Source of the DNA: Raja brachyura
Taxonomy: Eukaryota
Length of the DNA stretch: 64,000 nt
Reading direction: 5' to 3'
Assembly (NCBI GenBank): GCA_963514005.1
Contig: OY740802.1
Span: 36,208,001 to 36,272,000 of the forward strand
Under the pieces are notes generated by a model, which saw only the letters and a program-made list of their open reading frames with translations, ran no database searches and had not been told where the DNA came from. Shown piece by piece: positions 24,262 through 35,644 of this stretch. The first letter of the stretch is position 1; each line of letters begins with the position of its first letter. The translations under genes were made by a program, and so were the position numbers.

Positions 24262-26397
24262 ATCAAATGTAGGACCAAACCACCAGCCAAACCCTGGGCA
24301 CAAATGTTACCACAAACGGAAGAAAAAATAAAAACAATCCCCTCACAACACAGACTTCCTCAGTCACCAGAAGCCTACCAAAAAAACCCCCAAAACTGTC
24401 TAGGGTACTCAAAGCTTAGGACAAGCCCCCATTTTGTTACGACTCCTGAATGCAGGTACTTCAGAGCTGCGTAACATAGTCAAAAACCAGGTTCAAGTTC
24501 AAGAAAATAGTCTTTAATTTAGTTAAGGGAAGACAAAAACCCAAACCTGATTCAAACAACAGTCAGGGACAAGAATAGACTAACAAACAAATATAACAGT
24601 GCTCCAGCCAGCCTCGCAATGGACCGTCGAACTAGAGTCTATAACCTGCTTAAATGGAGATAACCCTGAAACAAAATACACAAAAACCCTCAGGTCAGCC
24701 CTTATCCGTCCCAATTCAATATTAATTGACAAATATAGGTAACAATACACAAAGTTCTATGCCATGTGGCCAGGCCTCCTGCAGCTCACACCAGCAGCCT
24801 GTTCACTAGTCAGGGTCGACGAAGAGAGAGAGAATTCTGGGAGACTCCTGGTATTTAAGCTTCCGATGAGTCACCCGTCACCTGACGCAGTTTGGCCAAT
24901 CGGGTACAGGAGCCCTTAACCCCTTGATTCCTGACTCCCAGCCACGGGGCCTGCACTCAGGAGAGAAACAGAAAAGGAATGTACAGAGCATTCACCGGGG
25001 CGGGGGAAGCGCCTAACAGTGATGTTTTGGGTCGTGACCCTTCTTCATTCTAAAGAATGGTTCTGACCTGAAACATCACCTATCCATTTTCTCTGGGGAT
25101 GTGGCTTGGTCTGACCTGAGTTACACCAGCATTCTGTGTCTATCTTTGGTATAAACCAGCACCTGCAGTTCCTTTTTACTACATTATAACTTTCAGCAGC
25201 TGGTCACTCTCAGATAAGATTGAAGGTTGTGAGTTGAAGCCCCATTTCAGCACAAAATCGGGCTGCTATCCTGCAATGTCCAAGCTGTCAGTGAATCAAG
25301 GGGGCTTCTTGGTGACTGCAAATTATTCTATGATCTTACTTGAAAACAATGTGGCAGTTTTCCCTTTCAACATCAAAAGGGATCTGATTGTTTTGTCATT
25401 GCTAATGGTGTAATCTCGATGTCTAAAAAGAGATTACATTATTGTTTCTACCGTATTACAGGAATACACTTAAATTACTTGATCGAATATAACAAAAGTT
25501 ATAGGACACAATCAAAAATTAGCAGGTTTCAAGGATTCAGATCAATGATGAACTCAGACAATATAAAATTTAAAGCACAAACATTTATTAAAGCAACAAT
25601 GAGAAGTTAGCAATAGAATGGCAATACAACTTCTCGTAAATCAACTATAAAAACACAAATAAACCACAATATAAATAGCAGCAGAAAGTGGCAAATAAAC
25701 AGCGAATCTCACACATCCTTCAGCATTTAAAGGCTGTAACTTCAAAGCTTGTTGGGAAAGCTTGTGCTGGAGAACTCTTGGGGAACCTGTGTACTCTGGC
25801 TCTACTCTGGACACTCTGCCCGAGGTGAAGAGATGCGAGCTCGTGTGTAAAAGCCTGAGCCACTACCCCCATCTAAGAACAACAGTTGACTGTTATTCGT
25901 CGCACCAGGAACTGAGCCAGTCACGGGTGTCTCCAAGAAGGTAAATGTTTATCTTTGTGGCCTCGTGATTTACTGGTTCTTCAAAGCTAGCCCAAGTATT
26001 TTCACAAACATCTAATCGTTTTTCTAAGCGAGCCTACATGCTTGACATGTGGTGCTTTTAATTTAGTTGAAAAAGTTTTATTCAATTTTAAGCTGACTCC
26101 ATTTTAGTTGATTCTGCTTAACCCTTACATTATAGGTTATGCTATAATCTCAGGGTGTCTGTAATGCAAGGGTTAAGCAGACTGTAATGCAAGGGTTAAG
26201 CGTACTATAACAAGGACTATATGTGTGCTAGTGCAAGAGGTTAATCCTTCAATGGATTGACCTTCTGAGCTAACACATATGCAGTCCTTGAGGAATCCAC
26301 CTTTGTCTCTGGGCTAATTCTCAAGTGAATCATGTCCTCTGCCAACAGTGTCAAGAACAGTAACAGTTTCCATATGGATGCAGACACAGCACATTCT

Positions 26398-26625
26398 CCC
26401 CGAGACTGCGTGAGATTCCCTTGGGTGCTCTGGTTTGTTCCTGCACCCCAAAGACATGCGGATAGGCAGGTTACTTGGCCGCACTAAATTGCCCCTAATG
26501 TGCATGTAGAATCTTTGGGAGCTAAAGGGAATGTACGAGGAATAAAATGGGATTAGTGTAAATTAATAATTTACAGCTGGCACAGACTCAGTGGACCACG
26601 GGACCTGTTTATGTGCAGTATCCTT
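26398..26625 (+). mobile_element. Headless V-SINE fragment
   Basis: Central V-domain-like gggtgctctggtttgttcctgcaccccaaagacatgcgg and CR1-like tail. Confidence 0.6.
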
Positions 26626-27701
26626 CTACTCCATTTCTTCTTAATCATGAAATAGCTAACGTTTGGAGAAAACAAAATCATTAATTTTTTTGGTCTGTGT
26701 CACAAACTACTTTTGCTTCTCCAGCAACTGTAGACCACTCCTGGTGATTGAGGCAAAACCCAGCTGCTTGGTGACATAGCATTGTTTAATTCTGAGCTGA
26801 GCTTCCAACACTATTTTCATCATGAACACTGTTTCACATAACTTCACATCACCTTCGCTCACCAAATGCACATCCTTCTAAACCCTCTCTATGCTTTTCT
26901 CACCAGACTTTGTCTTCCAATATTCTCCTGGCAGTCAACCAAAATTCCTTCCATTCTGACAAAGGTTCTTAGATCCACAACGTTAACTGTGTTTCTATCT
27001 GCAGATGCAGCTGGGCCCGCTAAGTTTCCAGCATTTTGATTTTTGCCCCTCTATTTGTTACACAGTACAGCAGTACTATGTCTCGAGACGCTCGCTGGTG
27101 ATAAAGTTATTTCTGGTTTTCTACTGACGACTATCTTTTGCAAGTGTTTCTCTCCCATGTTGTTATGGTCTTTTACCAGTCCTGCTGCCTATATTGCTCC
27201 ACCTACTGTGTCTTCATGTGTTACCATTGGCCATTTCAGTTTTGCAATAATCAGGCTGCCATTTTAACCTTGTTTGTTAACTGCTTGTAAAATTAAGAGA
27301 TAGCCGACAGAAGCAAGAGTAGTGCAGTGCATCAGGTTAACTCTGCCCAATGACAGCCCTTATTTTTGATACTTTCAAAAATATTTGTAATGAATCAGTT
27401 GGGTTTGTTCCATTATTACCCCCCATATCTGTCACATGCTCAAGGCTTACCCTATGTCTGTGCATACACCATGATTCAGGAATGTTCTAACTGCTTAGGC
27501 CATGTGCTGCTGAAGATGAGGTAGGCTATAGATGTTAACAAGCATTTATTGGTGTTCCTCCTGTATTGTTACATCCTTGTATCAGTGCCCAATGTACCAG
27601 CAGCATTGGTCATCGGCGCTGTCCACACACTGCCCTGACACACTTTTGGAAGCAGCTGAATATATATTCTTTAAATTAATTTAAAATTTTTTTTTTTTTT
27701 T

Positions 27702-28028
27702 ACGGCGGCGCAGCGGTAGAGTTGCTGCCTTACAGCGAATTCAGCGCTGGAGACGCAGGTTCGATCCCGACCACGGGTGCTGTCTGTACGGAGTTTGTAC
27801 ATTTGCCCCGTGACCTGCATGGGTTTTCTCCGAGATCTTCGGATTCCTCCCCCACTCCAAAGACGTACAGGTTTGTAGGTTAATTGGCTTGGTAAATGTA
27901 AAAATTGTCCCTAGTGGGTGTAGGATAGTGTTAATGTGCGGGAATCACTGGTCGGAGCGGACCCGGTGGGCCGAAGGGCCTGTTTCCACATTGTATGTCT
28001 AAACTAAACTAAAAGCTAAACTAAACTA
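27702..28028 (+). mobile_element. tRNA-derived V-SINE (HE1-like)
   Basis: A box ggcgcagcgg, B box ggttcgatccc, V domain, CR1-like 3' end, (ctaaa)n tail. Confidence 0.9.
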
Positions 28029-28091
28029 GAGAATCCATTAATAGACTTTTTTTTAAATCACCAAATGGTCGCTCTAATCTCACCATTTATA

Positions 28092-29062
28092 GAATGGAAT
28101 AGAATGCTATTTATTGTCATTCAAACAAGTTTGAACAAAATTGCATTTTCCACAGTTTTTGTTTTACATTGCAAAACAACCCAAGACCCACATTTAACAC
28201 AGTTTACACAAACATCCATCACAGTGAGTCTCCAACACCTCCTCACTGTGATGGAAGGCAAAGTCTTATCTCTTCCCCCTGTTCTTCACCCGTGGTCCAG
28301 CAGTCCAACTGCAGCATCGAGGTGAACTGGGGCTCCAATGTTAAAGCCCCCGGCGGACGATGGTAAGTCCTGTGGCCATTAAGCCACGCCAGGCGATGTT
28401 TGGCCCTGGCTCCGTGTCCTGTAAACCCTGCGGTTCAAGCAGTCCAACCCGCGGTCCAGCAGTCCAACTGCAGCGTCTAGGCGAACTGGGGCTCCGATGT
28501 TAGAGCCCCCGGCGGACGATGGTAAGTTCCGTGGCCGCTAACCCGCGCGGGGCGATGTTAGGCCCCGCTCCATGTCCTTAAACCCTGCGATTCCAGCGGG
28601 AGAAGTTGCCGTTGCGGGAGCTCCGAAGAGCCGTCTCCCACCAGGGACCTGGAGCTCCCGATGTTCCTGACCACCGGGCCTGCAGCCGGAGCTTCCGAAG
28701 CTCCAAAGTCGGGTCGCAGCCGAGCGCCACCACAGCTCTCCCCGCTCCAAAGACGGCCAGCTCCGCGATGTCAGGTCCGCAGGCTCCGCAACTGGAGCCC
28801 TCAGGTTGGTCCCGGTCGGAGGCTGCCGCCGTCTCCACGATGTTAGGCCCAACGACACCGGAGACCCGACAGAGAAAAAGTTGGGTCACCGTACAGCGAA
28901 GAGACTAACGGTTTCCCCCTACATCCCCCCGCCCTCCACCTCCCCCATATACACAGCTAAAAAATATAAAAAACTAAGCTCAAGACCTACATTTAACAAG
29001 ACAAAAATTTATAAAAAAGACGGACGACTGTAGACGAGCCGCTGCCGTTAGGTGCCGCCACT
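28092..29062 (-). mobile_element. GC-rich non-autonomous retroelement with LINE-like 3' tail
   Basis: Minus strand starts gtggcggcacc and ends aatgacaataaa plus a short-repeat tail; about 160-bp internal duplication; relatives at 30691, 53381, 15665 and 13962. Confidence 0.6.
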
Positions 29063-29489
29063 CCAACTCATTTAAATGAAGGTTGGCGACTCCATTCCAC
29101 TGATTGGGACCACGCTATAGATGCCGAGGCTGCTGTAAAACTAAAGGGTCACCTTCGACATGTACCTAGGCCACTCACCTCAGTGGTAAGACCAGGGTTG
29201 GAATAAGAGTTTAAAAAATATGTATATGACCTCCAATACATTTCCTACTGGTTACCATATATGGTTGCCATATGTACGGAAAACTGCCAGTAGTTGTCAA
29301 TGGGCTGTTGCCCAGACATCATCACATTCCAACCCAGTGTCCTTCATGTAATACTTGATCCGAGTTTTCAATCCCACAGAATTTGGCAATCGGACATTTT
29401 GTTGGCAATTGCCATTATTAGAACTTCACATTTACTGATGTGTACACATGCAGCCTGTGGAACAATTTGTTCATTAGTAATTTTTGGTA

Positions 29490-30110
29490 TTAGTTTATGA
29501 TTGTCATGTACATTGAAATAGAGACATTTTTTTGTATGCTATTCAGACAAATTCTAATAATGATTACAACATAGCACAGAATACTGTGTTATAGCTACAG
29601 AGAAAGCGCAGTTTTGAAAAAATGGTGCAAGGCTGCAATGAGGTAAATTGGGAGATCATCCTTACCTTATGAGAGATTATTCAATAGTCTAACAGCGAGG
29701 ACAAAGCTGTTCTTTGTTCTGGTGGTATGTCCTTTCAAGCATTTGTGCCTAATGCCCGATGGGAGATGAGGAAATGACCAGGGAGAGGATGTGCAATTAT
29801 GTTGGCTGTTTAAGGGTGTGAAGTGTAGGGGAAGGCCAATTTACGTGACAGATTGGGTTGTATCCACGACACTAGTTTCTTGTAGTCTTGGGCAGAACAG
29901 TTGTCCATACTGTGATGCGTCACAACGGGTGGCTTTCTGTGGTGCTCTTTAGAAATTGGTAAGTCATTGGGGACATGCCAAAGTTCCTTAGTCTTCTGAG
30001 GACAAGAGCATTGGTGTGCTTTCTAGGCCACAGCATCATTATGATTGGACCAGGTCAAGTTGTTGGTGATATTTACACGAAGAAACTTGAAGCTCTCAAC
30101 CATCTTCACT
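29490..30110 (-). mobile_element. Old Rex1/L2-like LINE 3' fragment
   Basis: Degenerate homology to the 3' part of the Rex1 copies in this window. Confidence 0.55.
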
Positions 30111-30690
30111 TCCAGATCCAAACACTTACTGTGTGACTGTCTAAAACCTTTCATATTGTTAACCGATTCTCAATCCTATTTTTACGAGCTTGAGGCGATG
30201 AACTGGGAATTGATAGGGCATTCACAAAGGCTAGATCTTTCTTGCCATTGTCAGTACTGGAGTTCTGATTACTCAAGGACAAGGCTATGGCATCATCACT
30301 CTCCCAGTTATATTTATTGTGTCCAGCACCATTGTGTCAAACCAAAAAAACAGCAATCACTGAAAACAGAAAGTGCTGGAGATACTTGGGTCAGGCAGAA
30401 ATTGTGGAGGGAGAATCAATTAACATTAATTAAAATCATACGTGTTAGTGACAAAATAGGTGTACTTTAAATTGTAAAAGTAGGATTTTTATTTTCTGCT
30501 CCTTGTTCATGTACTAATTTACACTTCTGGCATCTTCAAGCATCTGTTTCCTTTTCTTAGACAACACCTATCACCAGGATTATTTTGGTCTCAACCATAT
30601 CACATGTTTATTCTGCCTCTCCTGCCCTCCCTCTTTTGCAACTTCTAACAGGCATGTTTTCTCACTCTTCAAAGCTTTAAAATGTTTTTT

Positions 30691-31263
30691 ATTCAAAGGT
30701 CTTTTATTGTCACACGTACTAATTAAGGTACAGTGATATGTGAATCACCGTACAGCCATACAAAAAAAAGCACCAAGACACAACTACATAAGTCAACATA
30801 AACAGCCACCACACGGATTCCTTACTGTGATGGAAGGCAAAAACGTCCAATCTGCTTCCTCTTTATTCTCCTGTGGTCGGGGCAGTCGAAGCACCTGTGG
30901 CTTGGAGTTTCCGAAGTCGGTCTCTGACCAGAGGCCGCGAGCTCCGTGATGTTGAGTCCGCAAGCACCCACATCTGGAGATCTCCGCGATGTTAAAGTCC
31001 CGTAGGCTCCCCGTGGTAGAGCTCTCAAAAGTTTCAAGCAAAGGCTGCCAACTCCTTGATGTTAGGACACAGTGCGGACAGAGATACCATATGGATAAAG
31101 TCGCATCTCCGTCGAGCCAAGAGATTAGAAAAAGTTCCCCCCACTGACATAAAACATGCTAAAGAACGCTAAAAACATGCATTTGACACATACTATTAAA
31201 ACACAAAGAAGGAAGGGACAGACAGACTGTTGGCGAAGCAGCCATTGCTGGTGCCACCCGGTG
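30691..31263 (-). mobile_element. GC-rich non-autonomous retroelement (same group as 28092-29062)
   Basis: Shared actgtgatggaaggc motif, tgacaataaa tail and ggtggcacc 5' end. Confidence 0.55.
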
Positions 31264-31302
31264 CACTCTTGTAGCTGTTGTGGAAAATTGTCACTCTCCA
31301 CA

Positions 31303-31516
31303 TTGTGAATCTGTGGAATTCTCTGCCACAGAAGGCCGTGGAGGCCAATACACTGAATGCTTTCAAAAGAGTTAGATTTAGCTCTTAGGGCTCAGGGAAT
31401 TGAGGGATATGGGGAAAAGCACGGAACTTGGTACTGATTTTGAACGATCAGCCATGATCTTATTGAATGGCAGTGCTGGTTCGAATGGCCTAATCGTGTA
31501 CCTATTTTCTATATTT
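31303..31516 (+). mobile_element. CR1 3' fragment
   Basis: gtgaatctgtggaattctctgccacagaagg ... gatcagccatgat ... cctattttctat. Confidence 0.85.
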
Positions 31517-31944
31517 CCACAGATGCTGAAAATATTCAGAGTAGTATAGCAATGTCTAACTCTGCATACAGGGTATTAAAAGTAGTTTCCAATGTCTTTT
31601 GAGTCGGGTTTTCAGTGTCATAAGTTCAGATCTTGCAACAGTCTCCTTGTTTTCCTATTGTCCCATGGGATAATTCACAGCTGCACTTTACAACTGCTAG
31701 ACTGCTCCAATAACTACAACCAAGCAAATCTATTGAACAATACCAAAGGTGATAGAGGACATGTTTGGCTCAAACGAGTCCTAACCATCATGACAAAAGC
31801 AAAATATCGCACCAGTTGGAAATCTAAAAAAAGCAAAGCAGGAAATACTTGGCAAATAAGGCTGTATCTATTCAGATTAATCCAGTTTTCTCACCTACAG
31901 TCATTTCTTTCGCTCCTCGGCCCCATCATCATTAAAATGGGTGT

Positions 31945-32219
31945 TGGGTGGCATAGTGATAGAGTTGCTGTCTTACAGCACCAGAGACTCAGGTTCGATC
32001 TTGACTACAGGTGCTGTCTGCACAGAGTTGTAACCGCGTGAGTTTTCTCCGGGTGCTCCGGTTTTCTCCCACATTCCGAAGACGTGCAGGTTTTTAGGTT
32101 AATTGCTTCTGTAAAATTATCCCTAGTGTGTAATACGGAACTAGTGTACGGGCGATCGTTTGTCAGCGCGGACTCAGTGGGCTGAAGAGCTTGTTTTCAT
32201 GTTGTATGTCTAAACTAAA
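31945..32219 (+). mobile_element. V-SINE (HE1-like)
   Basis: B box ggttcgatc, V domain, ctaaactaaa tail. Confidence 0.85.
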
Positions 32220-32626
32220 TGTTGCTGAATTCCATCTGCTCCTCAGCTATAAATAATTTATGTTTTCTCCCCCTGCCCACCCACCCAAACCATCAGATCA
32301 TGTTACAGACAGACACTTCCATCTCCTAGCACATCAAAAGCACCTCCCTAGGCTACAGCATCCAATTCATTCTTCATTCTGCAACTCCTACCCCAGCACA
32401 CATATTAGCATGCTCCGCCATTACCATCAGACCCATAGCCGCTGCAGCCCTTTTCACAAATCTATCTTCTCTTATTTTACGTCCAAACTTTCAAAGACTC
32501 ATCTAACAGTGTTTCCTGGACCAGTAGCTCATTTTCTTCTCTCTAGTGGCTGACAGGGGTGGTATGCTGAGTAAAAGCAGTGCCATTCTTGCTCTGGCCT
32601 AATTGTGGCTTTCCTATTTTTTTCAG

Positions 32627-32763
32627 TTTATCCCTCCCAACCACACACCTTCAGTGAGGAGTGGCAACGAAAACAAATGAAAAGAATGCTGGAAATGCGC
32701 ATGAACCCTATTGAGGGAATTGCCTCCAAATGGGATTACGAGAAGAATGAGTGGAAGAAGTAA
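32627..32763 (+). CDS. COX4I2: COX4I2 last coding exon: VYPSQPHTFSEEWQRKQMKRMLEMRMNPIEGIASKWDYEKNEWKK*
   Basis: Pyrimidine tract plus ttttcag| acceptor, 137 nt to TAA; KRML.M..NPI.G.ASKWDYEKNEWKK is the COX4 C-terminus. Spliced CDS is 525 nt. Confidence 0.97.
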
Positions 32764-32917
32764 TAGTTTCAGACCGAAGCCCGAGATTCCAACAATCGCC
32801 AATGGAACTACTTTAAATGGCCTATTTTCATTTGTCTAAATGAAATGTAAAATAAGCACAAGTGCCTTCAGCTGCTTTTAATAATTAAAATGTCATTGCT
32901 GTAATAATGCAACTTGT

Positions 32918-32923
32918 AATAAA
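32918..32923 (+). terminator. COX4I2: Probable COX4I2 polyadenylation signal AATAAA
   Basis: First AATAAA after the stop codon (about 155 nt); an ATTAAA variant lies at about 32884. Confidence 0.6.
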
Positions 32924-33724
32924 GGTTGCTCTTCTTAAATTCTGTGGCACAAGCATGCTTGAGAAATATCACCAGCATAATTCACTGCATGAAAAGGGTG
33001 GAATTAAACATTCCATTAGTAAGGAAGTATCCATGAACCTGTACTTTTGTTTCCACAGACACAGGAAGGTGTGCTCTGAACAGCGACTACCGGTATACCT
33101 GTTGCTTACCCAAGCCCAAATTACGCACTGGCTGTAAATTGAACAGCATTTATAGTTATCTAAAGGAATGCTCTAACTGTACACTTACCATCAGTGTGGA
33201 GATCAAGCTTTGGATATGGCTCTGCACTAATTATGTTGCTGACCAAACACTGCTACTGCTTGCAACAAGTCCAAGCTCACCCAGGGCCAAATTTAGCCAT
33301 CAGGCAAACGAATCAGAGCAGAAGGAATACAAAATTAAACAGTAAGTTATGATCTGGAATGCATTTCCTTAAAAAGGCAGTGGCAGTAAACAGAGTTGCA
33401 AAGTTAAAAGGAATTTGTTGTAAAAGAATTGGAGAGCTACGCGGAAAGAATAAATGGACAAATTGGATGGCTATTTCAGTGCAATACAGGGCAAGTCCAA
33501 TGGCCTCAGCTGCTTTCTATGTGAAAGGACAGATTATTGATTTTGCAATTGGCTTCTGGGATAAAATGTCCATGATCTCTCCCCAGATCATTATCCATTG
33601 ACATTTGCCACATTGAAGATCCAGGTACAGCAACAGACATGTGACAGTCACAAGTTAAAATGATCTGGCAACACAATGCAGCAGGAAAAAAATAACAAAC
33701 ACACCAGAGAGCAGAATTTCACTG

Positions 33725-33751
33725 TTTAATTTAAAAACAAATTATTTTAAT
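33725..33751 (-). terminator. BCL2L1: Probable BCL2L1 polyadenylation signals (ATTAAA x2)
   Basis: tttaat at 33725-33730 and 33746-33751 on +; GT/T-rich sequence downstream on the minus strand. Confidence 0.45.
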
Positions 33752-34735
33752 TTAAATTTTAAGATATCCTGTGTAAAAGTCTCGCTCCTAATGTGGTGTA
33801 AGCAGCAAACTAACAAGGAATGATTACAATGGATAGTGACCAACTGTCACACTTTCAACCTTCACATGATCCAAAGTTTCAAAATAAATGTTGTACATTG
33901 AGGGGACCTGCACGTCACACAACTTTTCACAAATGATTATTTAACACCATCTTGGGAAAATGGCCACAATACCTTTCAAATTCCTGCTGAGAAGCAGTTG
34001 AACCTTGAAACTGCACCATGAAAGTTGACTCAAACTCTTCTACATTGTCCTTGGATCATGGTTACCCCGCAAGCCTCGAGAGCATAGTCCATTGAGACTG
34101 AATTGGTATTGACCTTGAGTGCCTGTCCCATCCCAGCCAATTAGAAAGAATATTGGATCTGTAAATAAAACGTCAAAAAGTTGCACCCTTCTCTTATGTC
34201 ATTCTGGCAGCTCCTTCTAGATGGAGTTTCTCGCTACTTCCTTTGGTTTCTAGGTTTCAGATGTCCTGGGACCGAGCAGCAGCTTTCTCCTCTGCTGCAA
34301 ATATATCTCTCCTGAATCCCAGGGGCATCGTTTTGTTCCTGTGCAGTCTCCCTCCCATTCCGCTCAGTCATATATGACAGGCACCTCGACACTGTCACGT
34401 TAGCTCCAAAACTCGGGTCATGCACCTTTGGCAATCCAGCGCAGTGTCACATTAGCTGTAGTGGCAGAGTTACTCAGTCAGATCTTAGCTTCACTCACTG
34501 TAGTTGATTTTCATGCAGATAATCTTCATTTTGTCACAGCACCAGCCCGAATGGTTCGTATTTGTAAACTGAATACACATAGACTATGCAAAATATACAA
34601 GTAGATGAGATTTGGTCCCATTATGGAATTAACTGCAATCCACTGCGGTGGCTTTCAGAGTCATGCCAGTCCAATGTGTCTTCTTATGTAGTGGTAGTTG
34701 GCCAAGGCTTGCTCCTTAGTGTAGTTTCGTAGCCG

Positions 34736-34876
34736 TTACCTTCTCCGGGCCACATACGCAGCAACGGCTAGTGTTGCACCCAAAGCCATTAATGCCACAA
34801 ACCATTTCATGGCCGTCTCCTGTAACTCACGATTACGTGCAGCAGCGTTATTCCCATATAGCACCACAAAGGCATC
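34736..34876 (-). CDS. BCL2L1: BCL2L1 (Bcl-xL) last coding exon: DAFVVLYGNNAAARNRELQETAMKWFVALMALGATLAVAAYVARRR*
   Basis: Phase-0 acceptor ttttctgtccccag|GAT; matches Bcl-xL D.FV.LYGNNAAA (end of BH2) followed by a hydrophobic tail anchor; convergent with COX4I2 as in mammals. Absent from the ORF track because it is short. Confidence 0.92.
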   Translation of the reverse strand, partial: DAFVVLYGNNAAARNRELQETAMKWFVALMALGATLAVAAYVARRR

Positions 34877-35486
34877 CTGGGGACAGAAAACACAGACGAG
34901 TTAGCTGCCAGCACGTCACTTAGTCGACAGTCCTAATATAAACACCTCCATTGGTAACCTCGCTGTTACCAAGTCCACAATCATGTCCTTGACAAAGCAA
35001 AGTCCTTTTCTAAACAACACAGGCAAGATTCCAGTTTAATATTCGCTTTGTACTACTTAGCCAGTAAGCCATACAATAATAATTTATTTTCTCTAGGTAC
35101 CTGTAGTCAGTAAGTTTGCAGTACTTGTATTTTCTTCTTTCCAAGATAAATAGTTGAATTATCCCAGTAAGCTATTCAGAAAATTAGAAGCCGACTGTGA
35201 AATGTGTGATTGGAATTAAATGTAGGTCACTGCAGAGATATTAGTTAATTGATTAGATTTCATAACCATCATGCAACTTTCATTACTGTTCTTCCGGTGC
35301 TGCCCACAAATTAATTGAATTTAGTAACACAATTTGTTATTGAGGTGGGATCTGCATTCTCAACCTCCAAATTGTTTGTCCAGTCAGAAGACAACTATGC
35401 CACTAGTTTGTCACCAGTCGATTATTAATCGCACTGGAGTGGAGAGGCACTTTAATCACGCCTCAGTAATCTATTCCAGAAGTTTA

Positions 35487-35644
35487 AGGCAGACAAAAAT
35501 GCTGGAGAAACTCAGTGGGTGAGGCAGCATCTATGGAGCGAATTAATCTATTCCTTCACTCCATAAATGCTGCCTCACCCGCTGAGTTTCTCCAGCATTT
35601 TTGTCTACCTTCGATTTTTCCAGCATCTGCAGTTCTTTCTTAAA
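35487..35644. mobile_element. Penelope-derived foldback with perfect 15-bp TSD
   Basis: TSD tattccagaagttta at 35472-35486 / 35645-35659. Confidence 0.88.

Larger units (their letters stand above)
21390..25018 (-). mobile_element. Gypsy LTR retrotransposon, Gmr1-like, internally deleted (no integrase)
   Basis: LTRs 21390-21987 and 24435-25018 (TGTTA...TAACA); TSD gtgac/gtgat; PBS TGGGGGCTTGTCC (tRNA-Pro type) at about 24419-24431; PPT at 21988-22000; gag, zinc knuckle, protease, RT C-terminus, RNase H. Confidence 0.95.
21322..25183. mobile_element. Penelope-derived foldback (21322-21389 + 25019-25183) split by the Gypsy insertion
   Basis: The two halves join into the same consensus as other copies; 15-bp TSD ttataa(t/c)tttcagca at 21307-21321 / 25184-25198. 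Confidence 0.85.

Noticed and set aside
25410-26060. Possible solo LTR on the minus strand
   Set aside because: A poly(A)-signal-like tract is present, but I could not define TG...CA ends or a TSD.
27702-27775. tRNA gene
   Set aside because: The A/B boxes belong to a SINE head continuing into a V domain and LINE-like tail; no full cloverleaf.
14549-32763. Calling the gene COX4I1
   Set aside because: ELNAE and MYWDR motifs, ATG at the first base of exon 2, and the convergent BCL2L1 neighbour all point to COX4I2; no head-to-head EMC8 is seen.
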